64,000 nt of DNA. It comes from a virus. The notes beneath the pieces are model-generated. The model did not search any database, had not been told where the DNA came from, and saw only the letters and a program-made list of their open reading frames with translations. Below, piece by piece: positions 50,177 to 60,075 of the stretch (position 1 is its first letter; each line of letters starts with the position of its first letter). Both the position numbers and the translations under genes were made by a program. The stretch covers positions 64,001-128,000 of the IMG/VR virus record IMGVR_UViG_3300008255_000101; one strand, 5' to 3'.

Positions 50177-52076
50177 TCACCTTCACTACGGGAGCTTGCC
50201 TAGATTTAAGAAACTTGATAACCTTAGCCACACCCTCGGGGTCACTAGCCAATAGAGATTCCAATTCGATTTTTTGGGCCTTATCGCTTGCGAACCTTAA
50301 GCCCCCAAGTCCGCCTCCGCCACCGCCTGCAGCTTCTCCGCCTGCTTCCTCAGTGGGCTCCTTATATGTGACGCCAAGAGCTGTAGCCAACTTGGACATG
50401 ATATCCGTACGGTTAGGCATCTCATTGGCTGCCGCCTGGTACACGCCACGGACCAGGTCGTTAAACGCAGAGTCGTTGACGGACAGGAGATCGCTCTTCA
50501 GACGGGCTGTGGCCGTGGTGGAGTCTATCCCTATCAAGTCGTAGATGTCTTCGATGGGGACGCTTCCCTTATTGTACAGCTGCATGAGCTGATCGAATAC
50601 AGAGTCGTTATCCCTGATGGAGAGACGTGCAAAGGATATCTTAGGGTAGATGACCTTTTCATTACCGTACTTATCCGTTTCCACAAAACCTTTTCTGCGG
50701 GCCACGGGTTCGAACAGATATTTCTCAATGTACTCCTGCAGCATGTCGCGGAACAGGAGGTACTGAATATTCAGCAATTCCAAAGTTATCTTGGACCCCG
50801 AGTAGGACGCTTCACCAGTCATCATTTCTTTGGTGACACCCAGACCAGCGTACAAGTCCGAGTCATACCGTTCAAACTCAGCAGAAAGGTCTAGGAGCCT
50901 CTGATTGGACCCGTACTCTTCCCAGCTGATTTGGTAGTTAGCTACGATCGAGTAGTCAGGGTCCATAAGGGCCATGTCAATCTGCGACCTTAAATCTTCC
51001 ACATCCATCTCACTAAGATCTTCAGCCGTGACCACCCGTATGGGTGTCATGTGCCTACTGGCGATGGATGTCTGGGCCTGGCGTAGCTTATCCTTGACCA
51101 GAAGGGTGTTAACACACCTTTCCAGGATGGATACACCATTGGTTTCGTACTGGGACTTCTTACGTGCAAAATGAAAAACAAAGGATCCGGCGTTAGGGTC
51201 CTGCTCTAGGGGTATGGTTCCTCCCCTAGACACTTGCTCCCTGATTTCCTCAGGGACATCGGGGCGAGAGGATTTGCTCAGGTTCTTAAAGGCATCTCCA
51301 CCAGATTCTTCAAATCTTGTGATGGCTGCCTTAGTCTCGGGGTCAGGTAGGTACTCAATGAGGGGGTTGTCCGCAAAAGGGATCTTGGTGACACGCACTT
51401 GGTCAGGTGGTAGGATGATGAGTTTTCTCCACCCTATGTAGTTGGGGTCTGTGTCCGTTATGCGGTATTCCTTCAGAAGCATATCAGACTGGGCCTTACC
51501 CCTCGCTTCAAGGGCTGCCCTAGCATCCTTGCTTAATCCGTCATAGGGATTGTGGTCCTCTGCGAACGTGTGGCAATTGCCTATCAGCCAAAATTCATGA
51601 CTTATTTCCGAAAGGCTTCTGAGCATCTTCAAGCGTTCGGACATCTTATCAAAAAAGCGGTAGCTGTACTCAGCCAAATGTTCGTTCTTCGCCTTGGGCT
51701 TCTGCAGCTTTATTTTGGAAAGGGGTATGGTGGAATGCAGATCGATAGCCGCACCGATGATCTCGGTGGAGTTGTAAAAGTGGCGATACCACGCCCTGCG
51801 TTCCCGCAGATTCTGTGGTTTTTCCAGAAAGTCGGTGGACAGCTGGGGGCTGTACCAATTACCGCCGGAACCCATGGACACGTCTCCGGATCCGTAGAAG
51901 CTGGCGGTTTTACTGGACCCGAACCCGCCGGCTAGAGCTGCCACTTTTTTGCGGGCCATTCTCTCTTTGTCCGAGAGGGGGGTGCTCTTAGGGATTACAT
52001 CGGAAACCACGGTCACGCCAGGTGTGCGAGTGTTCGCAACCTTGACCATAGGTGTATTTGATTTTTTTCCAGCCAT
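50163..52076 (-). CDS. Portal protein
   Basis: WYRHFY...IIGAAIDLHSTIP, EFWLIGN, VFHFARKKSQYETNGVSILERC, LYAGLGVT...GEASYS, RDMLQEYIEKYLFEPVA. Size and position fit a portal. Confidence 0.85.
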   Translation of the reverse strand: MAGKKSNTPMVKVANTRTPGVTVVSDVIPKSTPLSDKERMARKKVAALAGGFGSSKTASFYGSGDVSMGSGGNWYSPQLSTDFLEKPQNLRERRAWYRHFYNSTEIIGAAIDLHSTIPLSKIKLQKPKAKNEHLAEYSYRFFDKMSERLKMLRSLSEISHEFWLIGNCHTFAEDHNPYDGLSKDARAALEARGKAQSDMLLKEYRITDTDPNYIGWRKLIILPPDQVRVTKIPFADNPLIEYLPDPETKAAITRFEESGGDAFKNLSKSSRPDVPEEIREQVSRGGTIPLEQDPNAGSFVFHFARKKSQYETNGVSILERCVNTLLVKDKLRQAQTSIASRHMTPIRVVTAEDLSEMDVEDLRSQIDMALMDPDYSIVANYQISWEEYGSNQRLLDLSAEFERYDSDLYAGLGVTKEMMTGEASYSGSKITLELLNIQYLLFRDMLQEYIEKYLFEPVARRKGFVETDKYGNEKVIYPKISFARLSIRDNDSVFDQLMQLYNKGSVPIEDIYDLIGIDSTTATARLKSDLLSVNDSAFNDLVRGVYQAAANEMPNRTDIMSKLATALGVTYKEPTEEAGGEAAGGGGGGLGGLRFASDKAQKIELESLLASDPEGVAKVIKFLKSRQAPVVKVNGID

Positions 52077-52110
52077 CTGTAATATTTTCTCCGTATCCTA
52101 AAAAAGCCTA

Positions 52111-52434
52111 TCAAGAGACTATGACACTATTCTTCTGGGTATCTTTTAGCCTACCCAAGTTTGAGCGGACCCCAGAGGCTATCCGGAGATTGAGACCATT
52201 GGCCGCTTTTAGCAGTCGAAGACTGGTGACCCCTTCCTCAGAATTATCCATTCCCTCTAAGACTGCTATGAAGTTTTGAAGCTCGGAATCCAATTCCGAG
52301 GATATGCCACTTAGCTTCCCCAGCACTTTGGAGGCTTCCCCTGACATTTTGGCGAAATTCTGCAGTAGGTTATTCACCTTATCTGCCCGGCGCCTTAGTT
52401 CGGTAGCCTCATTTGTGGCTTTCGCGGTTTTCAT
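52111..52434 (-). CDS. Coiled-coil hypothetical protein
   Basis: AGGAG RBS, 107 aa. Confidence 0.55.
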   Translation of the reverse strand: MKTAKATNEATELRRRADKVNNLLQNFAKMSGEASKVLGKLSGISSELDSELQNFIAVLEGMDNSEEGVTSLRLLKAANGLNLRIASGVRSNLGRLKDTQKNSVIVS

Positions 52435-52753
52435 TGGTATCTCCTATCTTGGATAAATGGCCATCTACGACCAAGTGGTTGGTTTTCAAGAATTCCTCCA
52501 TAAAAGACTGGACCTTATCCTCAAAACCATCCTTGCCAGCTTGCTCCATGATCCCCTTCTGCTCCAACTCCTTCCAGATCCAATCCTTCAGGTAGGGGGT
52601 TACCCCCGGGAAATACCTGCGGATTGTCCACTGGACGGAGTCCATAGGTATCTTTGCAGAGATGGACGGAAACCGGGTCTTACCCATGGTAGGACCTTCA
52701 TGATAACCCATGAAAAACGGGTTGTCTCCTGCGTCATCTAAATTAGCTGGCAT
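52409..52753 (-). CDS. Hypothetical protein
   Basis: ATG at 52753, 17 nt from the late motif. Confidence 0.55.
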   Translation of the reverse strand: MPANLDDAGDNPFFMGYHEGPTMGKTRFPSISAKIPMDSVQWTIRRYFPGVTPYLKDWIWKELEQKGIMEQAGKDGFEDKVQSFMEEFLKTNHLVVDGHLSKIGDTNENRESHK

Positions 52754-52769
52754 ATAAGTAGTCACGGAG

Positions 52770-52782
52770 ATTAAAAGGTTAT
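52770..52782 (-). promoter_or_regulatory. Putative late promoter motif for the portal operon
   Basis: ATAACCTTTTAAT. Confidence 0.65.
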
Positions 52783-52921
52783 GTGCCTATTTTGACGTTT
52801 TTTGGCATATGGCCAATTTTTCTTTTAAAAAATGTGATAATGTAGGACTACCCGGTTATATACTGTATTGTAGGGCACTGCTACGGCAGGTATTAAAAAA
52901 ACCATGAGAGGAGATACCATC

Positions 52922-54118
52922 ATGAAAAAGAACACCATCATTATGCTGATTACGGCAGCCCTGTTACTTCTGGTAAACGGGTGCCTCTCTGACGACTCCG
53001 TTGTCGGGGTACAGGACGAAAAGGGTAACGTCACTTACGTGCATGTCACCTCATTCGATGAAACCACTGGTATCGGTACCGCTGTGGACACCGCCACGGG
53101 TACTGTTTACACAGGCCAGTTCCTTAACGTGGACGGGGATTCCGCCCAGGTCGTTACACCTACTGGTGACACCCTCGATTTCAAAATTGTGTCGATCGAC
53201 CCCGGTACGCCCATCCCCGTGGACACTACCATTGTACCCGTGGACACGGCATTCGTTCCCGGCGACACTTCTACCCTCGTAACCGACACCACCGATACCG
53301 TACTGGTGACACCATCATTTCTGAACTTTTCTGGACCCAACTTTGCCTTCCTGGATTCCACCAAAACCATGGATGCCCAATTGCAAGCCCTTGGGTTCGA
53401 AGCTACCCCTCGGGTGTACCCCGCAGTGGCTGACCCCGACACCAGCGTACTACCTTCCATATACACCCTACAGGATGGACTCGTCACAAACTACACCATC
53501 AACGAGTACACCTTTGACGAAGGCCGTGCGTATGTGCTAAACGGTGAAATGGTCATTCTGTTCCCAAATACGATCATCTATCCCCTGGGTCTTACGGGTA
53601 CCGTCCGGGATTCTGCTACGCTCATTAAGATGGACATAGCATTTGAAGAAGACCGTACCAACTCAGTGATTGACTTTAAAACTACGTTATACGGGTCCTT
53701 GGGTAGCTACGAAGCCCTTATGCAAACTGTAAACCTGGGTACAGGTGAGGGGATTGAGGTACTGGCATCTTACTACCGTACCAGCTGTAGTTCCGAGGGG
53801 AACTTCGCAGACAACGACGGATTAGATGGCCACCGTGACCCTGCTTGCGGCGTACCCCTGGGTCCAGATCGCGTAGGGGGTGGTACCTACAATAACATGG
53901 CGGAGAACTCTTCGGGGTGCCACGATTGGTACAAGGGATTGCGTACTTCCATTCTAGCGGGTGAGTGGGTTGGGACTGCACCCTATTTCTTTGACGCCCT
54001 CAAGGTTAACCCCTCCGAAAACCTAGATACCCACTTCACCAATAACCCCTTCAAGTGGTTCTCGTATTTCCTCTACGGCTCTTTCCCTTCGGAGAGTTCC
54101 GTGGACCTGTCCTGTTAG
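52922..54118 (+). CDS. Lipoprotein
   Basis: MKKNTIIMLITAALLLLVNG-C lipobox, GAGGAG RBS, Asp/Thr-rich linker. Confidence 0.8.
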   Translation: MKKNTIIMLITAALLLLVNGCLSDDSVVGVQDEKGNVTYVHVTSFDETTGIGTAVDTATGTVYTGQFLNVDGDSAQVVTPTGDTLDFKIVSIDPGTPIPVDTTIVPVDTAFVPGDTSTLVTDTTDTVLVTPSFLNFSGPNFAFLDSTKTMDAQLQALGFEATPRVYPAVADPDTSVLPSIYTLQDGLVTNYTINEYTFDEGRAYVLNGEMVILFPNTIIYPLGLTGTVRDSATLIKMDIAFEEDRTNSVIDFKTTLYGSLGSYEALMQTVNLGTGEGIEVLASYYRTSCSSEGNFADNDGLDGHRDPACGVPLGPDRVGGGTYNNMAENSSGCHDWYKGLRTSILAGEWVGTAPYFFDALKVNPSENLDTHFTNNPFKWFSYFLYGSFPSESSVDLSC

Positions 54119-54138
54119 AAAACATAAGGGTATTAATT

Positions 54139-54169
54139 AAAAAAGGCGGCCTCTCTAGGCCGCCTTTTT
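54139..54169. terminator. Bidirectional terminator
   Basis: AAAAAAGGCGGCCT-CTCT-AGGCCGCCTTTTT between convergent genes. Confidence 0.85.
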
Positions 54170-54172
54170 AAG

Positions 54173-57100
54173 TTACCAACCAAAGAGGGTTGTGTTGTGA
54201 CTACGTATGTACGTAATGGCTCCGTCTGTCTCACTGGCTTGGTACGACTCTGGTATGCGGACTGTAGCGTTACGTGCCCTGTACGTGACAAACTTACATG
54301 ATACGTGGAACCATACCCCTACAGGTAAACCTAGAGCCCAGGTGCTGCTGCCGGACACACAGTGCCGAGCCAGAACTTTCAGAGCCCTGTATCGGGACGG
54401 CGCCGACGCATCAGAGGTTGTTTCACTAGTGTACCCCACGTGGGTGAGAGATACCATGTTGTTCACCTGAACCAACGTAGGCTGGTTTGCTCCTGAGTTA
54501 GCACTTGAGCCCCAGGCAAAGGCCTCCACATTCTGTGGCAACCCGAACAGCCTTCTTCCCGTGTCACCGAAGTAGTAGTTAGCAGTACTGGGGGGGAGCT
54601 GTCCCGTGTGCATATCCGGAACAGTTATCCCGTATGTGTCCGAGTACCCGGCGGCCCCCAGTATAAACCTAGTCTCAGTCAGTTCCGTGCTTCGCACGTT
54701 AATGAGCTTGCTAGCGGAATTGTCCTTTACTATGACATCGTACACCCCTCCGTCATTGAATGAGTTTGACGACTCATTAAGAGAGATGGCCTCAAAGATA
54801 TAGTCCCACGCAAAGTTACCTGGCGACCCGTACCCATTGGGGTAGTAGGGACTGATCATATTGTCCTCAACAAGGGGGTACTTAACATCGAAGGCATTGC
54901 CCGTGATTACGGTGTCCTCTGCTGTAGCACTGGCCGCGTCGGGTATCAGAACTATGAAGCTGTCCACCACGGGATCCTTCTGCACGGAACCCAGGTCGAC
55001 ATTACACTCGAATATATTACCGGTGATGATCAACTCCTTGCAACCGTATGATTGGTACTTGGTGTTGATGAAGGTGTTGTTAGACACCTGGCACTGGTTG
55101 TGGGTGTACAAAGCGTTACTCAGGAAATCATCCGCACCCACAGTATACATGTTAGGTACTTCAAACACGTTACCCATCACCTGGCTGTAGCCCGAGGAAG
55201 AGACATTGTAGGCACCCGCTAACAATAGGTACTCGGCACCAATCACGTTACTGGTGGACGAACTAGTCACCACCTTGAACCTGTTGAACAGGAACTTGGC
55301 CCTAGTGTTAGAAGGGGATTGGACAATTGAATTCTCAAAAGTACACCATTGCACAGTTCCGTGGTAGAAAGCAGTGGCGACTGCCCCCGTGCTGGATAGG
55401 GATACTTCAGAGCGATAGAAGTTGCAATTGCTTATCACAGCGCCGTAGGTTTGTCTAAGGGACAAAGTCTGGGACCATACCGTAGTAGACCCCTGTCCGT
55501 AGAATGAGCAATTCTCTATGCGGAGCCCAACCGTGGAACAACGGTAGCTTCCCACAGATGTACCCGCAGGGGATGTGGTGAGGTAGCCAAAAGTGGGGTA
55601 AGCCAGGGTGTTGTGGTCATAGTCCAATACCAAGTTTCGGACACCTAGGTTCCTGCTCACAGCTGTAGCAGTACGACCATCCTTATAACCAGGAAGCATG
55701 GTGATGCCACCGTCCAGGTAGTAAGGAACCGATCCGCCATCCAGCCACATGTACTCGCTGTCCAGCGCGTAAGACTCTGCCAGAGGGTCTGGGGAGGTTT
55801 CGTCCCCGTCCCATGTAGAAGCTGTCAGACAGTTAAAGGCCATCTGAAGAGCTTGGGTGTCGCTAACCAAAGTATTGGCACGGAACCACTCAGGACGAAC
55901 GATACCACCACCCAAAGACGGGGCCCATGTGTCGGTCCACAGGCTAACTACTGTTGGTGAGTAGTAGGTGTGGTCAAACTTGGCGTTCATGCTGTCCACT
56001 GGGTACTTGATGCGGACATTCATCTTATACCAGGTCAGGAGAGCCCCGGGGGCCTGCTCCACAGGGTTTTCGAAGAAGTCCATGACGGGGTCGCCGTCAG
56101 TACCTAGCTGGTAGATTCCTGCAGGGAAGTATAGAGTGGCATTTACACCGCTGCACTCAAAGTTGTTGAGAAGGTTGCGTAGCTTGTCAGAAACTCCGGC
56201 CACGGCTCCAGGAAGGACACCGAACCAGGTCACATTGACTTTGCTGGGGGCATTTGCTCCCCACGATACAGGACCTTCAGAACAGTAGTAAACTGTTCCG
56301 GCAGCCACATCGGGGAATGTGAAGATAGTGTAATTGGGGGCAACTATGTCCGCGTTTACGGTAAGGGTAGCGGAACCGGTTAGCTCTATACCCGAGGAAC
56401 CTACGAACTTGGAACGAGATGTCATTTCCACATCACCTTCGATACCATAGAAACCCGCAGGACCTCCAGACCCAAACTTACCTAGGGACCCGTAAACTAC
56501 AGTAAACCCTCTTGAGTAACTGCCCCGTATGGGTTCCTTGTCCGCGTCCGCCAGGAGCGAGGAGTACATGTCGTTGAGAGCATCCGTGTTGTCGTAGGCC
56601 ACCCCGAACTCATCTTTACCGGAAAGGGCAAACCACCACTCTGGCCGCACCTCTGTTAAGGCGGAAGGTGCAAAGTGGAGGATAGGCCCAGTCACGGGGT
56701 GTGTCAGCGCCGTGTAGGTATTGATTGTGGTAGGGCCCCTGAATGTCCAAATAGGACGGGTAGTGTTGTTGTAGAGGAAAACTCCCGACCCTATGGTTAA
56801 TGCCACGGTCTCAGGGAATTCCATATCTGCTGTGGTGAGGTAGACGGACTCCGCGGGTATAACCAAGTCCATACCAAACTGCTCCGCAGCTGCGATAGCA
56901 GCAGCTATCTCGGCATCTCTGTTCAGAGGGGCGGAACCGGATAATCCAGGTATGGCGCCATAGTCGTAAACGCTGAGGGTGTTTTGCCTTACTTGCCTTA
57001 CAAATCTTCCAGGATTGAGATTGTCCCCCTGGTAAGCTATGTAGATCCCGCTATCGTCGTCTTCAGTGGAAGTCGCGTCATAAATGAATATGTCACTGCT

Positions 57101-60055
57101 TCCATCACCGGAGGCGTAGTAGCCCTTAACCAAGACAGCCTTGGCGGCTAAAGTGACGGGGTCTAGCGTACGTAGCTCCGCTATACTGTCCACTGCGAAA
57201 ATAGGTATGTCCCTCCACAGCACACCATCGATGGCTGCGGATAGGTACTGCCCGTCTCTTCCAACGGTCCAGCTCAAATCCTTGATGCGGGGTCCTGAGG
57301 GCATAGCACCAGTACCGGTTAGGCCCCACACATCAGGGTCAGACATATCCAAGAAAGCATTCCGACCTCTAAGAGCAACCGAAGCGGTGGACGCCAAAGC
57401 GTTCTGCTGGATATCGGGCTCAGCACTCATGGGAGTAGCCCTTACCGTTCGAATGTAGGCGTCCGCTGAAACCAGAGCGCCCGCACCTGCTACCAGTGCT
57501 GTCGTGGTGTCTTCCCTTCCGGCCAAGACCAAAGGTTCGGCTACAGTATTGCCCCCAAAGAAGGGATCTTCACTGACTTCTATTGTCAGATTCCGAAGCG
57601 CTGCCGAGGAGGGGATGTAAGAGTCACTCAGGTACATATTCAAATTGTACGTGGAGGCGCCAGGTCCTATGGCAAACTTGACTAGGCCGAAGTCGCCGTA
57701 GGGGCTCTGCTTGGTCCAGGTAAGATCGGTAACTGTAAGGGCCGGTGTACTGGCACCCAAGGTGGCGTCGGGTATCTGAACCTTTACGCGACAGGAGGCA
57801 TTGACTGAGTTGGACCGGGTGGGGTCCTTGATAACCACTACGAAAGACTGGTAGCTAGCAGACACTGCCGCTAGCGGTCTTGAGGCGATGGTGTACTCGA
57901 ACAAAGTACCCTGGAGGTCCACGGCAGCAGTCAGAGTGTTGTAGGACATGCGGTCGGCATGCAATGTACCAAAGTGGCCTTCGGCGTAGGTCAGGGTTTC
58001 TGCTGGGAGTATGCCCAGGGGTGCGGTGGCTGTCCAAGAGGTAGTACCGGTTTGGTAAAATGCCAAGGACCCACCATTCACATTGACTGTGTCTGTAGCG
58101 TTGTAGCTATAGACCTTTCCATAATTTTCATCGTAGAGGTGGGCCTGCAGGGTCATGCTATTCGATGTCGAAGACACCACTGAGAAACGCAGGTTCTCCT
58201 TGAGGAAATTATGGGATTGGAGTGCTACTGCTTCGAATGTAGGCAGGGCCCCCGAGGATGTCTTATTCAAACGAATCTTGAAACTTCCAAAACGGTCGGG
58301 TTGGGCCAAGCTTCCACTGCTAGCAGCCACATTCAAAATAAAAGTCAAATCCGTTGCCTGTGCAGCGTCTGTAGAGAACTCACAAATCTTCCAGTAGGCG
58401 TTGCCGCCCAATCCGTTTACAGGGGTCCTGTACATGTTGGTCTGGCGATCCCACTGTGCGTCGAAGATGTGAGCGGATCCCGAGACCCCTACATCGTTCC
58501 AGAACTGATTGGTACCACCCCTAAGATCCACGTGCTCGTCAAAGTTGGCTCGGTCTGCTACATCCAGCTGATAACCTGAAGCTCCCCTGACTTCTTTACC
58601 AAGGGCTAGTTTACCCTCATTGTCCAGCTGGGAGACCACGCTTTCATCATCTTTCTTCTGGGTCCAGAAAAAGTTACTCAGAGCAGGATCAGCCGAGGTA
58701 CGCGCCTCGATGAGAGATCCCGTGAACCCTCTTCCTTCCAAAACCACAAGGGAGTCTTCCAGATCGGATCGAGCTTCCTCGACGGTGGGCATGGAATCCG
58801 CGTTAGCTGCAGCTCTAACGTACAACCTGCCTGCGAATACTTTGTCCGAAGTTATCTCGCCTGGTACAAGGCCATCGGGATTTGGTTGGATTGTTCCGGC
58901 GGCACCAGTTTCACCGGTACCGGCTACGGCCAAAGCCCTGATTCGGTAATCTCCCTCATTGTCCAGGACACGGGGAGTGACCGAGTTGCTATTGAAAGCT
59001 TCAGTGTCTACGCCCTCGTTCCTTCCAGTGGCGCCCCAAGTCTCGTCCACGTCAGAGGAAAGGGCTCTTCCGGCGTCCACGTCGTTTTGGGTGTACCCGC
59101 CGTGTCGTAGGCGATGGGTGATCTCCACGGGTGGGCAGACTCTCTTGTCCTGAAGCTCCAGGATGTCCGTAAAATCCCCTTCACTGAAAATAGTGGAGTG
59201 ACTACGAGTCAAAACAGATATGGGGGCGCGGAGGTATTTCACGCCCGTGGCGTATTCGCCTTCAGCGAAGAAGGGGTCATCGTAAATAGCACCGGTTAGG
59301 GGATCAGTGCCCGTCCAGTTCTCGGCGACCAGGAACTTAACACTAGCCTTGATACGGTTGGCAGTCTGATTGCCCACCACTGGGTCTTTTATGCCTGGGT
59401 CTTGAAGGTCGGGAGCACTGTCCGAAGGAGAACTCCCTCCGTCAGTAACTTCATCGAGGGTAAGTTCCACATAGATGACATCGGTCTGGCCCACACTTCC
59501 GGGTTGGATCTGGCCCACATCCTTGACATAGGTATCACTACGCATAGCGTACTTAAGCTTTTCAGCCAAAGTAGTGCTGGGATTGTTGGGGTCGGGAATG
59601 GTCTCACCAGGGTATTCCTTGATGATGGACCCCATGTGGTCGTCAGGATTGTCATTCTGTTCGGACCACTTGATATCAGAACTTAGGAAGATGTACCAAC
59701 CCTTCAGGTACATGATAGCAGGAAGATCGTTGTAACCATCGCTATTCAATCCACCGTACACAGTGAAGTCTAAGTTTTGTTCGTTGGAGTTTCCATCCAC
59801 CGCCGTGACTTTGAATCCGTCTACACGATGCATTCCAGCAGCATCGGGGTAGTCACTGTATCGACGCGACACTACGGCTACATCCCCATAGGAGTTGCGT
59901 GCCAACCACCTGTTCAGGTCCAGCATAGTCTCAGAAAGCTCGCGTACTTCTGCGTCCAGTAGTGGAGTGTTACGCTGAGCCTGTAACACATAATAACGCT
60001 TCTTGGCGCTATACTGGATAGAATTTGAGTACTTACCCTTAAATGGAGTAGTCAT
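54173..60055 (-). CDS. Large tail-spike/baseplate protein (DUF6519-like N-terminus, pectin-lyase-like beta-helix C-terminus)
   Basis: KRYYVLQAQRNTPLLDAEVRE N-terminus. SIAELR..VLVKGYYASGDG, SVYDYGA, VRPEWW/VRPEWF, LYFPAGIY, then repeated xxGNxF strands. Confidence 0.75.
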   Translation of the reverse strand: MTTPFKGKYSNSIQYSAKKRYYVLQAQRNTPLLDAEVRELSETMLDLNRWLARNSYGDVAVVSRRYSDYPDAAGMHRVDGFKVTAVDGNSNEQNLDFTVYGGLNSDGYNDLPAIMYLKGWYIFLSSDIKWSEQNDNPDDHMGSIIKEYPGETIPDPNNPSTTLAEKLKYAMRSDTYVKDVGQIQPGSVGQTDVIYVELTLDEVTDGGSSPSDSAPDLQDPGIKDPVVGNQTANRIKASVKFLVAENWTGTDPLTGAIYDDPFFAEGEYATGVKYLRAPISVLTRSHSTIFSEGDFTDILELQDKRVCPPVEITHRLRHGGYTQNDVDAGRALSSDVDETWGATGRNEGVDTEAFNSNSVTPRVLDNEGDYRIRALAVAGTGETGAAGTIQPNPDGLVPGEITSDKVFAGRLYVRAAANADSMPTVEEARSDLEDSLVVLEGRGFTGSLIEARTSADPALSNFFWTQKKDDESVVSQLDNEGKLALGKEVRGASGYQLDVADRANFDEHVDLRGGTNQFWNDVGVSGSAHIFDAQWDRQTNMYRTPVNGLGGNAYWKICEFSTDAAQATDLTFILNVAASSGSLAQPDRFGSFKIRLNKTSSGALPTFEAVALQSHNFLKENLRFSVVSSTSNSMTLQAHLYDENYGKVYSYNATDTVNVNGGSLAFYQTGTTSWTATAPLGILPAETLTYAEGHFGTLHADRMSYNTLTAAVDLQGTLFEYTIASRPLAAVSASYQSFVVVIKDPTRSNSVNASCRVKVQIPDATLGASTPALTVTDLTWTKQSPYGDFGLVKFAIGPGASTYNLNMYLSDSYIPSSAALRNLTIEVSEDPFFGGNTVAEPLVLAGREDTTTALVAGAGALVSADAYIRTVRATPMSAEPDIQQNALASTASVALRGRNAFLDMSDPDVWGLTGTGAMPSGPRIKDLSWTVGRDGQYLSAAIDGVLWRDIPIFAVDSIAELRTLDPVTLAAKAVLVKGYYASGDGSSDIFIYDATSTEDDDSGIYIAYQGDNLNPGRFVRQVRQNTLSVYDYGAIPGLSGSAPLNRDAEIAAAIAAAEQFGMDLVIPAESVYLTTADMEFPETVALTIGSGVFLYNNTTRPIWTFRGPTTINTYTALTHPVTGPILHFAPSALTEVRPEWWFALSGKDEFGVAYDNTDALNDMYSSLLADADKEPIRGSYSRGFTVVYGSLGKFGSGGPAGFYGIEGDVEMTSRSKFVGSSGIELTGSATLTVNADIVAPNYTIFTFPDVAAGTVYYCSEGPVSWGANAPSKVNVTWFGVLPGAVAGVSDKLRNLLNNFECSGVNATLYFPAGIYQLGTDGDPVMDFFENPVEQAPGALLTWYKMNVRIKYPVDSMNAKFDHTYYSPTVVSLWTDTWAPSLGGGIVRPEWFRANTLVSDTQALQMAFNCLTASTWDGDETSPDPLAESYALDSEYMWLDGGSVPYYLDGGITMLPGYKDGRTATAVSRNLGVRNLVLDYDHNTLAYPTFGYLTTSPAGTSVGSYRCSTVGLRIENCSFYGQGSTTVWSQTLSLRQTYGAVISNCNFYRSEVSLSSTGAVATAFYHGTVQWCTFENSIVQSPSNTRAKFLFNRFKVVTSSSTSNVIGAEYLLLAGAYNVSSSGYSQVMGNVFEVPNMYTVGADDFLSNALYTHNQCQVSNNTFINTKYQSYGCKELIITGNIFECNVDLGSVQKDPVVDSFIVLIPDAASATAEDTVITGNAFDVKYPLVEDNMISPYYPNGYGSPGNFAWDYIFEAISLNESSNSFNDGGVYDVIVKDNSASKLINVRSTELTETRFILGAAGYSDTYGITVPDMHTGQLPPSTANYYFGDTGRRLFGLPQNVEAFAWGSSANSGANQPTLVQVNNMVSLTHVGYTSETTSDASAPSRYRALKVLARHCVSGSSTWALGLPVGVWFHVSCKFVTYRARNATVRIPESYQASETDGAITYIRSHNTTLFGW

Positions 60056-60075
60056 GTACTATTCTCCCTCGAAAA

